Counted from the first letter of the stretch, positions 1-10,106 are shown. The stretch is DNA of 54,090 nt from Candidatus Moraniibacteriota bacterium (GCA_028716005.1 JAQUQQ010000002.1:1-54090); one strand, 5' to 3'. The notes: generated by a model not told the origin, from the letters alone. Numbers and translations: made by a program.

Positions 1-2061
1 GGCTTCGAGAACTTTTTTGAGATTGTTTTGAACGAGAACAATCTGCCCCGCTTCTTTGGCGATATCCTGCGCGCTGCCCATCGCGATTCCAAGGTCGGCC
101 TGAACAAGGCTCGGCGCGTCATTGATTCCGTCTCCGACGAAAACGACTTTCTCGCCTTTTTCCTGAAGCCGCTTTATCTCAAACGCTTTTCCGGAGGGCA
201 GAACTTCGGCCAAAATATTTTTGATTCCTAATTCTCCCGCGATATATTCAGCCGTTTTTTTGTTGTCTCCCGTGATCATCGCGATTTTGAGCCCCATTTT
301 TTTTAGTCCTCCAACGACTTCTTTCGCTTCAGCTCGCAATTCATCAGCCACGACAATCGCGCCGACAACTTCATCGCCATGAGCGACAAACAATTTCGTC
401 CCGATTCCAAATTTATCCGAATCGACAATCTCCCGCGCCCATTTTGTGTCAAAATTGTTCTCCTCCAACAACTTTTCGTTCCCGAGAAACAGCTTTGCAC
501 GGTGCTCAACGCATTCGCCAACCACTCCCTTGCCTCTGATTTCCTTTACGCCCTTTACTTCAGCAAGCACGACGCCTTTTTTCTGCACATAATCCGTTAT
601 GGCTTTCGACAAAGGATGCTCCGAATATTCAGCCAGGCTAGCAGCAACTTTCAGAATCTTTTCTTCCGGATATCCGAATTTCAAATTGCTAATTGTTGAT
701 TGCACTTCCGGCTTGCCCGAAGTCAATGTTCCGGTTTTGTCAAAAACAACCATCGAAATATCTTTTGCCCGCTCAAAGCTTTCTCCGTTTTTGAAAAGGA
801 TTCCGCTCCGAGCGCCGCGTCCCGTCCCGACCATGATTGCCGCCGGCGTCGCGAGCCCCAGCGCGCAAGGGCATGCGATCACCAAAACCGCGACGGCATT
901 GATGATAGCCAGCGTATAATTCCCCGAATATGCCATCCAACCGATCAGCGTGATCCCGGCCAGAGCAATCACCGCCGGCACAAAAATGCCTGAAATTTTA
1001 TCGGCTAATTTCTGGATGGGCGCTTTCGATCCTTGGGCTTCCTCGACGGTTTTGATGATTTGGGCGAGAACCGTATCTTCCCCGATTTGTGTCACTTTTA
1101 TCTTGAGGACGCCATCCTGATTGAGTGTCGCTCCAAAGACCGAGGAATATTTTTTTTTCTCAACGGGGAGCGATTCTCCTGTCAGCATTGATTCGTCAAC
1201 GTCTGATTCCCCCTCAACGACAATACCGTCCAGGGGAATTTTTTCCCCGGGACGGACAACGATCGTGTCGCCAGCCTTAACCTCATAAATATTTGTTTCT
1301 TCTTCGCGTCCGTCCGCCCGAACGAGGCGGGCTTTTTTCACTCCCAGTTCCAAAAGTTTTCTCATCGCTTTTCCGGCTTGGCCCGTGCTTTTGGCCTCGA
1401 AATATTTCCCAAGCAGAATAAAAGTGACAATGAGCGCGGCAGATTCAAAGTATCCTTCTCTCCCGTGAAACAGCGCCCAAAGGCTGAAAAAATAGGCGGT
1501 GAGTGTTCCAAGCGACACCAAAGTATCCATATTCGCCCGAATTTTTTTCGCCTGCATGAAAGCCATCCGGTGAAACCTTGAGCCGAACCAGAAAACCACA
1601 ATCGTTGCGAGGGCAAGATGCAGCCACATCACGAGATCAATTCCCAAAAATGATGTCCTCGACCTCAATTTCACGAACATTTCGATGAGAAGCGGGATAC
1701 TCAAAACCGCCGACCCGAGAAATGTTGTCCAATCTTTCCCAATATCCTCCCCTCCATGTTCATGCTCACCATTTTCCATACGCATAAAGCTTGGCTTTGA
1801 GGAATTGTCCCGATCAGATCGGGACAAGGGAAAAGCCGATCTTTGACTCATCTCAACCTGATAACCATTATTGATAATAACCTGCCTAACATCTTCCTCG
1901 CTCAAAATATCCGCGTCATATTTCACGTAGACCTTTTTGACGGCGAAATTCACGGACGCGTCCAAAATACCCTTCGTTTTGAGAAGAGCTTTCTCATTGC
2001 TCATCGCGCAACTGGCGCAAGTCATGCCGGAAATTTTTATAGCAATTTTTTGAATATTCAT
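1..2061 (-). CDS. copA: Copper-translocating P-type ATPase (C-terminus beyond window start)
   Basis: Manual minus-strand translation from ATG (complement of 2059-2061): [26 protein letters not shown] (HMA domain, CxxC), CPC motif in [36 protein letters not shown]. Absent from the ORF track only because its stop lies outside the window. Confidence 0.93.
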   Translation of the reverse strand, partial: MNIQKIAIKISGMTCASCAMSNEKALLKTKGILDASVNFAVKKVYVKYDADILSEEDVRQVIINNGYQVEMSQRSAFPLSRSDRDNSSKPSFMRMENGEHEHGGEDIGKDWTTFLGSAVLSIPLLIEMFVKLRSRTSFLGIDLVMWLHLALATIVVFWFGSRFHRMAFMQAKKIRANMDTLVSLGTLTAYFFSLWALFHGREGYFESAALIVTFILLGKYFEAKSTGQAGKAMRKLLELGVKKARLVRADGREEETNIYEVKAGDTIVVRPGEKIPLDGIVVEGESDVDESMLTGESLPVEKKKYSSVFGATLNQDGVLKIKVTQIGEDTVLAQIIKTVEEAQGSKAPIQKLADKISGIFVPAVIALAGITLIGWMAYSGNYTLAIINAVAVLVIACPCALGLATPAAIMVGTGRGARSGILFKNGESFERAKDISMVVFDKTGTLTSGKPEVQSTISNLKFGYPEEKILKVAASLAEYSEHPLSKAITDYVQKKGVVLAEVKGVKEIRGKGVVGECVEHRAKLFLGNEKLLEENNFDTKWAREIVDSDKFGIGTKLFVAHGDEVVGAIVVADELRAEAKEVVGGLKKMGLKIAMITGDNKKTAEYIAGELGIKNILAEVLPSGKAFEIKRLQEKGEKVVFVGDGINDAPSLVQADLGIAMGSAQDIAKEAGQIVLVQNNLKKVLEA
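1805..1827. repeat. Perfect 23-nt palindrome inside copA coding sequence
   Basis: ttgtcccgatc-a-gatcgggacaa, 11-nt arms. Read in frame as LSRSDRDN in the linker between the HMA domain and the first TM helix. Confidence 0.85.
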
Positions 2062-2118
2062 AATGATCCGCTATATAGTCCTTAGTAACTAGGCTGTGGG
2101 CTGCAAGTCAGGTTGTGA

Positions 2119-2162
2119 GTCATTGGTTGTGGGAAAATTGCCAATGACAAATGACCAAAGAC
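2119..2162. repeat. Intergenic mosaic: 8-bp inverted repeat plus three AATGAC-type heptads
   Basis: gtcattgg (2119-2126) / ccaatgac (2141-2148); heptads caatgac aaatgac caaagac (2142-2162); the 12-mer caaatgaccaaa recurs at 45697-45708. Confidence 0.6.
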
Positions 2163-2201
2163 CAGTCCCACCGCTCACTGCCTTGTTACCCATAATTTTT
2201 T

Positions 2202-3335
2202 TCACTCAATTATGAATTTCCCCCTCACCATCCCCATCCCGCAGCTAAACGGAATTTCGCTCGCGTTGGAAGGGACAAAACTGATTATATTCTCGCCGAA
2301 ATGGATGTTTTTGGCAATATTGAGGCTCGGAATGATTATGCTGTTTGTGCAGCCACTCACCGAAACGCCGTTCACGATCCAGCGCACCGGAACACCCTTT
2401 TTTATCTTCAATGTGCTGGGTTCGAAACCCCGGCTCGTGACGGCCATTTCAATAGTCTGCTCTTCGGCGTCGGCATTATTATTTTCTGTTTTGCCGTCAG
2501 CCGTTTTTTCTTTCTTGTCCGAACTGCTGATCACATTTGTTTTCACGTTTCGAAGAGCCAAAGCCGAATTGAAAGTGAAAACAGCAAAAAAAATAACCAG
2601 TATGCCGGCCGCCTTTTGAAGAGCTTCCGTTTTTTTGAATTTTCCCCAAGAAAATCCCACTCCAAGAGCCAAGAGCACCGGGAGTGTTCCCAGCGCGAAG
2701 AAAAAGAGGCTGGCCGCTCCCGCCCAAAAACTGCCCGACGCGAGTGCCAAAATCTGCATGCTTTGGGTAAAACCGCAGGGAAGGAAAAAAGTGAAACCGC
2801 CCAAAAGAAACGGCGCCGCTTGGCTGCCGGATTCCTGAAGCCGATAGAAAAATTTTCGAAAAAATTTCGGCGGCTGAAGACCGAGCGAAGAAATGGAAGG
2901 GAGGATTCCCAAAATATTGAGGCCGAGCCACGCCATGACAATTGCAATTATCATGGAATAGGCCGAAACAAAACTTCCGCTCAAGTTTATTTTTCCTCCG
3001 ATTGCGCCCAGAAGTCCCCCGAGAAAGAAAAATGACAGCAAACGGCCAATGTGGAAATAAACATTTGGCCGCACGGCGCCTTCAAAAAAGTTTTTTTCTC
3101 CGCTTTTCACTTTTTCGGAAAAAGCAACCACAACCCCGCCCACTACCGCCAGGCACGACGAGACCGAAGCCACCAGGCCGACAAGAAACGCCACGCCCGA
3201 TGTCATGGCCGCCGTTTGAATATTGACCGACCCAAGCCAGCCGGATGCCTGGACCGCGCGGTATAGGATGACCGCGAAAAGCACTACAAAAAGAGCTTTA
3301 GCCCATTCCAGCCACCGATAATTTGATTTTTCCAT
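2202..3335 (-). CDS. Multi-pass membrane protein (DsbD_2/TauE-like TM domain) with C-terminal cupredoxin-like domain
   Basis: ORF 2202-3392 trimmed to the ATG at 3335 (MEKSNYRWLEW). Many hydrophobic helices; C-terminal soluble domain ends ...SGCTNSIIIPSL...PFSCGMGMVRGKFIIE; adjacent to copA. Confidence 0.6.
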   Translation of the reverse strand: MEKSNYRWLEWAKALFVVLFAVILYRAVQASGWLGSVNIQTAAMTSGVAFLVGLVASVSSCLAVVGGVVVAFSEKVKSGEKNFFEGAVRPNVYFHIGRLLSFFFLGGLLGAIGGKINLSGSFVSAYSMIIAIVMAWLGLNILGILPSISSLGLQPPKFFRKFFYRLQESGSQAAPFLLGGFTFFLPCGFTQSMQILALASGSFWAGAASLFFFALGTLPVLLALGVGFSWGKFKKTEALQKAAGILVIFFAVFTFNSALALRNVKTNVISSSDKKEKTADGKTENNNADAEEQTIEMAVTSRGFEPSTLKIKKGVPVRWIVNGVSVSGCTNSIIIPSLNIAKNIHFGENIISFVPSNASEIPFSCGMGMVRGKFIIE

Positions 3336-3451
3336 GAAAACGTTGCTAATTTTCAATATCTTTCTATATTTATACGCTTTCCTCCTATGCAATAATTCTG
3401 ATATAATGAAAACACAAAAAAATAAACAAAATTGGCGAAGGGAGGTGACTT

Positions 3452-3889
3452 ATGGACCCGACATACAATATGCAATATTCGGGCGATGTGCCGGCAGCCG
3501 CCGCGGGCGGAGCCGCTCTTTTCGCGGGCGGAATGTTTTTGTTTATCTTGCTGTTTGTTCTCATCATATACGTTTTGATGGCAATTTCGCTCATGAAAAT
3601 CGCCAATCGGACCAACACTCCCAACGCCTGGTTCGCCTGGATTCCGATCCTGAACCTCATTTTGATGCTTCAAATCGCGAATCGTCCGATGTGGTGGCTG
3701 GTGTTTTTTTTGGTGCCGATTATCAACATCGTCGGTATCGTTCTCACTTTTGTAATCTGGGTTGATATCGCCAAAAGGCTCGGAAAGTCAGCTGTTTTCG
3801 GAATTCTAGCGGCTCTCATTCCGATTATTTTCATGCCGTATCTGGCTTTTTCAGGAAGCGATACTCCGACCGTCCAACCGGCGCAATAA
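3452..3889 (+). CDS. DUF5684-like small membrane protein
   Basis: 145 aa. AWFAWIPILNLILMLQIANRPMWWLV...GKSAVFGILAALIPIIFMPYLAF resembles the DUF5684 pattern; SD gggaggtga lies upstream. Confidence 0.6.
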   Translation: MDPTYNMQYSGDVPAAAAGGAALFAGGMFLFILLFVLIIYVLMAISLMKIANRTNTPNAWFAWIPILNLILMLQIANRPMWWLVFFLVPIINIVGIVLTFVIWVDIAKRLGKSAVFGILAALIPIIFMPYLAFSGSDTPTVQPAQ

Positions 3890-3913
3890 GAGAAAATTTG
3901 CTAGTTCTCACCG

Positions 3914-3949
3914 CACAGCCCCGACGTCACGTCGGGGCTGTGTTTTTTT
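3914..3949 (+). terminator. Rho-independent terminator
   Basis: cacagccccgacg-tca-cgtcggggctgtg followed by T7. Confidence 0.85.
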
Positions 3950-4009
3950 CTCTCAAATTATGCTAATCTTTGAATAGAATCCTGCTGTAAATCGGTAATA
4001 CTTTATAAG

Positions 4010-5092
4010 ATGAAGAAAAAAATTTTCATTATTTTTTCGGTTTTTGCGGCTCTAATTCTCCTCATAGGCCTTGTTTATGTTTTTCTGCCCAAAACTGCCG
4101 CGAATACAGCCGGCCGGGAAGCGAATCCCGCTTTCACAAAACTTGTCTCCTTCCGGGGTGTTTTGGCGGATGTATTGAATGGCATCCAGGGCGAAGTGGA
4201 AAAAATCGAAGAAGCCGTCTCCAGCCCTTTTCCCGGAGACCAGAAAAAACCTGCCGAAACTTCGCCAGCGCCTTCCACCGAAAACAATTTCACCTTTGCC
4301 ATTCTCGGTGACACGCAATATTTCAAACCAAATAATCCGCAAGGAAATTTTCAAAAGGCCATGGCCCAAATCGCGAAACTGAATCCCAGTTTGATCGCGG
4401 CCGAAGGCGATCTCGTCGGAAGCTGCGACGGCGACAGCAAATGCGCGAACAATTATTCCAACTGGAAAAATATCGTCGGAAGCTTTATGCCGAAAACCTA
4501 CGCCGTCCAGGGAAACCACGATCGCACCGGGGACGACAAAACTGACGGCGTCTGGCGTTCAAGCTTCAATTTCCCGACCAACGGCCCCTCCGGATTCAGC
4601 GAACAGGTGTATTCTCTCGATTTCGGAAATTCCCATTTCGTCTTTTTGGACTCCGACAAGCCCAAAGAGCATCTGGTGAACGGCGAGCAGCGCGCCTGGC
4701 TTGAAAAAGATCTTTCGGCGAACAAGAAAGAAAATATTTTTGTCTTTTTTCACGAACCGGCTTATCCGGTCAGTTCCAAGATAAACGAGAGTCTGGATGT
4801 TGAGGCTGCGGAGCGGAACGCCCTTTGGCAGATTCTGAAGAAATACAACGTGACGGCCGTTTTCAACGGCCACGAGCATGTCGTGAGCCGGAGAAAAATC
4901 GACGGAATTTATCAATTTGTTTTTGGAGACACCGATTCCTTCAATCACGAACTCCCGAAACCCGGAGTTGCAGAGTATTCAAATCAAGGCCAGGGCCGCT
5001 TCGGCCTCGTGAAAGTGAGTGGAAAAGAAATAACGGTCGAAACACACGGCCCGGACGGCGCCTTGCTCAACACCTTCACTTTTTCAAAATAA
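4010..5092 (+). CDS. Membrane-anchored metallophosphoesterase (calcineurin-like)
   Basis: 360 aa with an N-terminal TM helix. Motifs FAILGDTQY, EGDLV, GNHD, FFHEP, GHEH. Confidence 0.85.
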   Translation: MKKKIFIIFSVFAALILLIGLVYVFLPKTAANTAGREANPAFTKLVSFRGVLADVLNGIQGEVEKIEEAVSSPFPGDQKKPAETSPAPSTENNFTFAILGDTQYFKPNNPQGNFQKAMAQIAKLNPSLIAAEGDLVGSCDGDSKCANNYSNWKNIVGSFMPKTYAVQGNHDRTGDDKTDGVWRSSFNFPTNGPSGFSEQVYSLDFGNSHFVFLDSDKPKEHLVNGEQRAWLEKDLSANKKENIFVFFHEPAYPVSSKINESLDVEAAERNALWQILKKYNVTAVFNGHEHVVSRRKIDGIYQFVFGDTDSFNHELPKPGVAEYSNQGQGRFGLVKVSGKEITVETHGPDGALLNTFTFSK

Positions 5093-5109
5093 TGCTTTAG
5101 GGCACAAGC

Positions 5110-5334
5110 ATGATTGCTCAATTCGCCTATTCAATATACTTCGGCTTGCCTGTTGTGGCTTATTTTGGCATGATCACGCTCCTTCTTTTACTGACGACGG
5201 CCACGCTTGGCTATCTTTCCCTCCGGGGAAAAATTCAAAAGGGATTTAAGTATCACTTTTTCTTCGCGCGAACAACGATAGTTTTCGCGCTCATTCACGC
5301 TATTCTGGCTCTTTCGGCCCACTTGAATTTCTAG
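5110..5334 (+). CDS. Small two-TM membrane protein, hypothetical
   Basis: 74 aa with two hydrophobic helices; starts 18 nt after the upstream gene. Confidence 0.45.
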   Translation: MIAQFAYSIYFGLPVVAYFGMITLLLLLTTATLGYLSLRGKIQKGFKYHFFFARTTIVFALIHAILALSAHLNF

Positions 5335-5462
5335 CCCTCAAACAGGGCTTGAAATATACATTTTTCTCCCTTGTATTATTATTTAGAGGCAAAACGCTCT
5401 TATTTCTTGTTATATTGAACAGCCTGTTGTTGATATTTTTATATAATAATTAATAAAAAAAC

Positions 5463-5936
5463 ATGGAAGAAAAAATGGAGCAAAATGAGGCCCCAAAAGA
5501 GTCATCAGGCAACACGAATTATTGGGTAATTGGAATAATCGCGCTGGTGGTGGTCGTTGGCATAATTTGGTATGCCAGCAAAGGAAAAAAGGGCGGCCTT
5601 TACGGAACGCCAGCCGCGGCACCTTCTCAAAGTTCGCAGTCAGCCACTCAGCCCGCCCCAAACGGAACGCAAAATCAAACTGGAAGCGCGGTAACCGTCA
5701 AAAATTTCGCGTTTTCGCCGGCTGACCTCACCGTCACCAAAGGCACAACCGTAACTTGGACGAACGAGGATTCAGTCCCTCATCAGATCGCCAGTGACTC
5801 GGGAAGCGCCGTATCGTTCACCGGCACCCAAATGTCTCAAGGGCAATCTTTCAGCTTCACGTTTGACACGGCCGGAGCATTCCCCTACCACTGCGCTATT
5901 CATCCCACAATGCACGGAGTAATAACGGTTAAATGA
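5463..5936 (+). CDS. Cupredoxin (plastocyanin/amicyanin-like blue copper protein), membrane anchored
   Basis: 157 aa. N-terminal TM helix, then a cupredoxin fold with type-1 Cu ligand pattern ...VPHQI... and YHCAIHPTMHG. Confidence 0.85.
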   Translation: MEEKMEQNEAPKESSGNTNYWVIGIIALVVVVGIIWYASKGKKGGLYGTPAAAPSQSSQSATQPAPNGTQNQTGSAVTVKNFAFSPADLTVTKGTTVTWTNEDSVPHQIASDSGSAVSFTGTQMSQGQSFSFTFDTAGAFPYHCAIHPTMHGVITVK

Positions 5937-5967
5937 ATTTTTATTAATAAATATTCATACAACGCTT

Positions 5968-6198
5968 ATGCCAAAAGTTCCTGACACCCAAGAAAACTTC
6001 GAAAAGTGTGTTTGCGACCGGTGTCCGACTTGGACAGCCGCCCCATGTCCGAAAGAAAAAACGGAAAAATTGTATTGCGCCAAAGGCATGACTGCTTGTG
6101 GATTGAAAGAAAAAGGTTGCATCTGCGGCGCTTGCCCAGTGCACGATGAAAATCATTTGACTGGTATGTATTTCTGCATTAAAGGCGCGGCGAAATAG
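5968..6198 (+). CDS. DUF2769-like cysteine-rich small protein
   Basis: 76 aa. CVCDRCP...LYCAKG...KGCICGACPV...YFC, the same Cys pattern as the N-terminus of the 6690-8159 product. Confidence 0.6.
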   Translation: MPKVPDTQENFEKCVCDRCPTWTAAPCPKEKTEKLYCAKGMTACGLKEKGCICGACPVHDENHLTGMYFCIKGAAK

Positions 6199-6218
6199 AA
6201 GAACGAAAAAGGAGAAAA

Positions 6219-6247
6219 CCGGAGCAAACAAATTTTGTTTGTTCCGG
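6219..6247. terminator. Bidirectional hairpin terminator between convergent genes
   Basis: ccggagcaaacaaa/tttgtttgttccgg long stem, T-rich on both flanks. Confidence 0.7.
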
Positions 6248-6283
6248 TAAAATACTTTTCTTTCGGCTCGCGCTATTGCATGC

Positions 6284-6526
6284 TTACCTCAAAGCTTGCA
6301 TCAGCGCGAGTATGGACAGGATGAGCGGCGTTAGACGGGTCGCGATATCCACCGCCATTTTTCCTTTTTGCAGCCTGCCCCGGCGACATTGGAAGAACCT
6401 CATTGCCAGGTCGAATTGCTCTTCCAGGGGCAAATCCTTGTACCCTGGCTTTTCTCTTTTGAGAAATTCGATGTCATCGTTGATGGATTTTAGGGTAAAT
6501 TCGCGGTTTTGAAACAGTCTTCTCAT
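6284..6526 (-). CDS. Hypothetical small protein with C-terminal hydrophobic helix
   Basis: ORF 6284-6652 trimmed to the ATG at 6526 (MRRLFQNREF...), which is preceded by ggagagg. Could extend to the GTG at 6652. Confidence 0.35.
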   Translation of the reverse strand: MRRLFQNREFTLKSINDDIEFLKREKPGYKDLPLEEQFDLAMRFFQCRRGRLQKGKMAVDIATRLTPLILSILALMQALR

Positions 6527-6665
6527 TTTTGGTAGCCTCTCCTTATATATTTTTTGCCTTATGGCCGCAAGAAAAAAACCCGCACGTCCTGCCGTAGGGT
6601 TCGTTGTTTTGTTAAAGAACTTCTGTTCTTCGCCAAAACTGTCTTTATTCACTTATCCTACTGCC

Positions 6666-6693
6666 ATTATACAGGTCTGTTTTTATTTGTCAA
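6666..6693 (-). promoter_or_regulatory. Sigma-70-like promoter (TTGACA-16 nt-TATAAT) on minus strand
   Basis: Minus strand reads ttgaca (6693-6688), 16-nt spacer, tataat (6671-6666). The -35 overlaps the TGA stop of the upstream gene. Confidence 0.45.
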
Positions 6694-8159
6694 GTCAGCC
6701 ATTTTACGCCGCAAACCTCCGCCATTTCCTTTTGCAAAGAGACCAAATCTTCGCTCGATAATTTATTCACGTCGTTTTTTCCGACAATCCTCGCAATCTC
6801 CGCGATTTCTTCCGCGGAAATTTTCACGAAGTTTTTCAGTTTGCGAACGCCTTCTTCGACATCGAGTTGCTTCACGAGCTCGGGGTTGTGCGTCGTCACT
6901 CCGGTTGGGCACAGACCGGTGTGGCAAATGCGGTATTGCTGGCAATTGATGGCAATGAGCGCGGCTGTCCCGATATAAACCGCGTCCGCGCCGAGTGCCA
7001 GGCATTTCCCAAAATCCGCCGAAGTCCGAAGGCCTCCCGCCGCGATAAGCGAAATTTTCTCTTTCACTCCCAAATCTTTTAGCGTTTTATAAGCCCGTGG
7101 AAGCGCGGCAACAATCGGTAGCCCGACATTATCTTTCACATACGCGTCCGTCGCGCCTGTTCCGCCGCCGAATCCGTCAATCGCGATATAGTCGATTCCG
7201 GCTCCGGCCAAAACTTTCACATCTGCCTCAATATTTCCACAACCAATTTTCGCGCCGATAGGAACGCCGCCCGTGAGCTCGCGCAGCCATTTCACTTTCA
7301 CGGCGATCTCTTCCGGCGTTTTCATGTCATGATGGTGCGCCGGAGAATAGGAAGACTCCCCGGTTTTGAGCCCCCGCAGATTCGCGACTTCCTCCGTCAT
7401 TTTTTTGGCCGGCAGATAACTGCCTTTTCCGGGATAAGCCCCCTGCCCAAAGCGAATTTCAACCGCCGCCACTTTTTTGATCACGTCGTCATTCACGCCA
7501 AACCTTCCCGTCGCGTATTGGCCGATCAAAAATTCTTTTGCGCTGTATAATTCGTCAAGAATTCCTCCTTCTCCGGAGTTGAAAGCGATTTTCAAATCTT
7601 TCGCAACTTTTGAAACAACAAGATGGACATTTTTTGAAGTCGCGCCGAAGCTCATTCCCGAAATCATAATTGGAGATGCGACTTTCAAGGGTTTTTTCGC
7701 CGCCGGACCGATAACAACCTCCATATTCACTTTTTCTTCGCGGTTGAGCGGAATTTTTGCCACTTGCGCCGGGACAAACTGCAAATTATCAAGTGACAGC
7801 TCGCAGCCGATTTTTTTGAGTGATCCCATCGGCCGGACAATGCTTTCTCCTGTTTCGGCGAGAGTCTTGATGTCCGCGACTGTCTGATAAAATTCTCCGC
7901 TCTCATTTGATTTCTTTTTCCGCATCACGATTTTTTTTTCGCCAACCACGTCGCGAGTGCAATAATATATTTCTTTGAGTTTGTTTTCCGCCCAAACCAC
8001 GCAGCCCGGACAAAGACAACCCTTGGCATCAATATCGCACCGGCTATGCCCCACCTCCTCCGCGCAATACAAAAGTTCCCCGTTGCAATCATGAGGATAG
8101 GACGGACAACTCGGACAAAGACATTTTTTTCGGTTTTCTTCGGAATTTTGAACCGGCAT
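6690..8159 (-). CDS. FMN-dependent glutamate synthase-related protein (GltB central-domain family) with N-terminal DUF2769 Cys-rich module
   Basis: 489 aa. N-terminus CLCPSCPSYPHDCNGELLYCAEE...KGCLCPGCVV...YYC, then a TIM-barrel GltS-like domain (ISGMSFGA, GEGG, DYIAIDGFGGGTGA, AAGGLRT, CHTGLCPTGVTT). Confidence 0.8.
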   Translation of the reverse strand: MPVQNSEENRKKCLCPSCPSYPHDCNGELLYCAEEVGHSRCDIDAKGCLCPGCVVWAENKLKEIYYCTRDVVGEKKIVMRKKKSNESGEFYQTVADIKTLAETGESIVRPMGSLKKIGCELSLDNLQFVPAQVAKIPLNREEKVNMEVVIGPAAKKPLKVASPIMISGMSFGATSKNVHLVVSKVAKDLKIAFNSGEGGILDELYSAKEFLIGQYATGRFGVNDDVIKKVAAVEIRFGQGAYPGKGSYLPAKKMTEEVANLRGLKTGESSYSPAHHHDMKTPEEIAVKVKWLRELTGGVPIGAKIGCGNIEADVKVLAGAGIDYIAIDGFGGGTGATDAYVKDNVGLPIVAALPRAYKTLKDLGVKEKISLIAAGGLRTSADFGKCLALGADAVYIGTAALIAINCQQYRICHTGLCPTGVTTHNPELVKQLDVEEGVRKLKNFVKISAEEIAEIARIVGKNDVNKLSSEDLVSLQKEMAEVCGVKWLT

Positions 8160-8277
8160 ATGGTTGGCGCTATACTATATACTAATTGAACAATAGAAAA
8201 GTTCCAACAACATCAGGAGTCAACTACATCCACGTGGATACAGACGACTCCTTCCCTTTTATCAATAAAAAAATATT

Positions 8278-9075
8278 TTATCTTTTTTCTGGATACGTCG
8301 GACCGTATTTATCCGCCGCTTCCCAGGCCATTTCATAGAGCGCTTTCATGATTTTCGCAAGCTCGGCGCTCGTTATCAGGATCCCCATCCGGTTTGGCTT
8401 TTTGAGAAGGGCAATCATTATCTTATCTTCGAATATATTCACTTCGCTGTCAAAGAGATAGTTTATTTTTTCTTTCGGCAGAATTTTGTATTGGGTATAC
8501 TTCATTGTCGTCGGATAATTCCGGAACCAATTGATTGTTTTTTCGCTCGCCGGAATGAGAACCCGCTCGTATATTTTCGCCTTTGCCCGCTCCCGGTTAT
8601 ACTGTCTGCCCCAGGCAGCAAGATCAGGTGATTCCCACTCTTCGCAGTCGCCGACCGAAAAAATTTCCGTTTTTGATTTCAGTGTTTCAGCATAAATCGC
8701 CTTGAGGCCCTCCGTCCCCTCAAAAAATTTTATGCCCGGCCTGTTTGGCTCGCAATAAAGCATCTTGAGCTCCGGGATTTTTTTCTTTAGCTCATCCAAC
8801 TGTTTTTCTTCCCTTTTTTGTTTTCGTTCCAAAAAGCTGAAAAGGTTACGCGGCGGCATCGCGGAATATCTTTTTTTTGAATTTTTTCCGGAAGCATAAG
8901 TCACAAGATTGTATTTCACGAGCTTTTCCAGCACATCATAGCAACTGACTCGGTTCACTTCCGCTTTCCGGCTAATTTCCGTGACGAGTGACGGCCCCAA
9001 TTCCAAAAGCGCAAGGTAGACCTTGGCCTCGTTCTCCGAAAGTCCCAAATTAGCGATAAGTTCGATTATGTTCAT
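8278..9075 (-). CDS. TrmB-family transcriptional regulator
   Basis: 265 aa. N-terminal wHTH LGLSENEAKVYLALLELGPSLVTEISRKAEVNRVSCYDVLEKLV. Confidence 0.85.
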   Translation of the reverse strand: MNIIELIANLGLSENEAKVYLALLELGPSLVTEISRKAEVNRVSCYDVLEKLVKYNLVTYASGKNSKKRYSAMPPRNLFSFLERKQKREEKQLDELKKKIPELKMLYCEPNRPGIKFFEGTEGLKAIYAETLKSKTEIFSVGDCEEWESPDLAAWGRQYNRERAKAKIYERVLIPASEKTINWFRNYPTTMKYTQYKILPKEKINYLFDSEVNIFEDKIMIALLKKPNRMGILITSAELAKIMKALYEMAWEAADKYGPTYPEKR

Positions 9076-9264
9076 ATTTACTCTGTATCACATATTCAAG
9101 ATTGTGTAAAGTCATTTCGACAAAAAATTATTAATTGTTTAATAATACTATTTTTAAGCCATATTTTTTCGAGACGTTCAAAAATACTATTTTACATTTA
9201 TAAATTATATTGTTCAATATCTTATCCTGGTCATTAAACCGGGAAATAAAAGGAGGAAATGCTA

Positions 9265-9972
9265 ATGGCAACTTTAAAAAGTCAAATGCGCTCAAGTGTG
9301 GACTCAAATTTCACTTACCCCGCTGAATACAACATAAAGCCTATCGCCGAGCAAATTGCAATATTGTCCGAATTATTTGATCTCGACGGCATCAAAGCGT
9401 TGGCTTTCATCCAAAATCTACCAGACCTTCCCGAAGGAGCAGAAGGTTGCTTCGCCATCCCGAGGTGGCAGTCAATCGCCAAGACATATGGCGAAGCATT
9501 GAAAAAAGCTGTCACTCTTATTGCCAAGAACCGCAAATTTAAGGATTACTTCGAGGGGAAATTCAGCAAGGAATATTTTCGCCAGACAATGAGGACCATG
9601 ACGATGTTCACTAAACTCCAGTTACAACAGGAAAGTGATATTGTCATAGTCCCTGGCCAGTTTGGTTTGCGACACCGTGGAAAATCGCCGCGGTTTGCTC
9701 TCGAAACCTTGGCAAAAGAAGAGTTCGCCTTAAGTTCTTTTCACGTGGCCTGTATGCTTCTTTCCCATCCAAAAAGGGAGAAAGATATACCGGGCGCATA
9801 CAGCCAGCTTCATGCCTACTGCGCGGGAGATAGATTTTGTTACAATGCTGATGGTCAATATGACCGTATCCCTTCTTTTTTCGGGGTCGCCAATATACTT
9901 CATTTCGGTGGAGATAACTGGATGTACACTGTTTGTGATAGATTTGGCGTGGCGACGGGTTTCGTTATGTAA
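9265..9972 (+). CDS. Hypothetical protein
   Basis: ORF 9259-9972. The ATG at 9265 sits 8 nt after the strong SD aggagg (9251-9256); no motif recognised. Confidence 0.55.
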   Translation: MATLKSQMRSSVDSNFTYPAEYNIKPIAEQIAILSELFDLDGIKALAFIQNLPDLPEGAEGCFAIPRWQSIAKTYGEALKKAVTLIAKNRKFKDYFEGKFSKEYFRQTMRTMTMFTKLQLQQESDIVIVPGQFGLRHRGKSPRFALETLAKEEFALSSFHVACMLLSHPKREKDIPGAYSQLHAYCAGDRFCYNADGQYDRIPSFFGVANILHFGGDNWMYTVCDRFGVATGFVM

Positions 9973-9975
9973 CCG

Positions 9976-9998
9976 TTCCTAAAGTTCGACTTTAGGAA
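9976..9998. repeat. 23-nt palindrome TTCCTAA-N9-TTAGGAA
   Basis: ttcctaaagt-tcg-actttaggaa, 4 nt after the stop at 9972; a sibling lies at 35455-35477. Confidence 0.75.
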
Positions 9999-10106
9999 TG
10001 AAGCAGCCCGGCTCCTCTTTCCCGGGCTTTCAATGAAACCTTCCTCGCCTACTTTTTTTCTGGGCGATAACGATCATGGTTCCTGTGTTCCTTGAGCTCT
10101 AGACCT

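Noticed and set aside
2405-2430. tRNA T-arm-like gggttcgaaacccc
   Set aside because: It lies inside a well-supported membrane-protein CDS, and no acceptor or anticodon arms can be folded around it.
6527-6652. Long 122-aa form of the 6284 ORF starting at the GTG at 6652
   Set aside because: The N-terminal 42 residues look non-protein-like. An internal ATG with ggagagg upstream is more plausible. I kept it as an alternative in the feature note.
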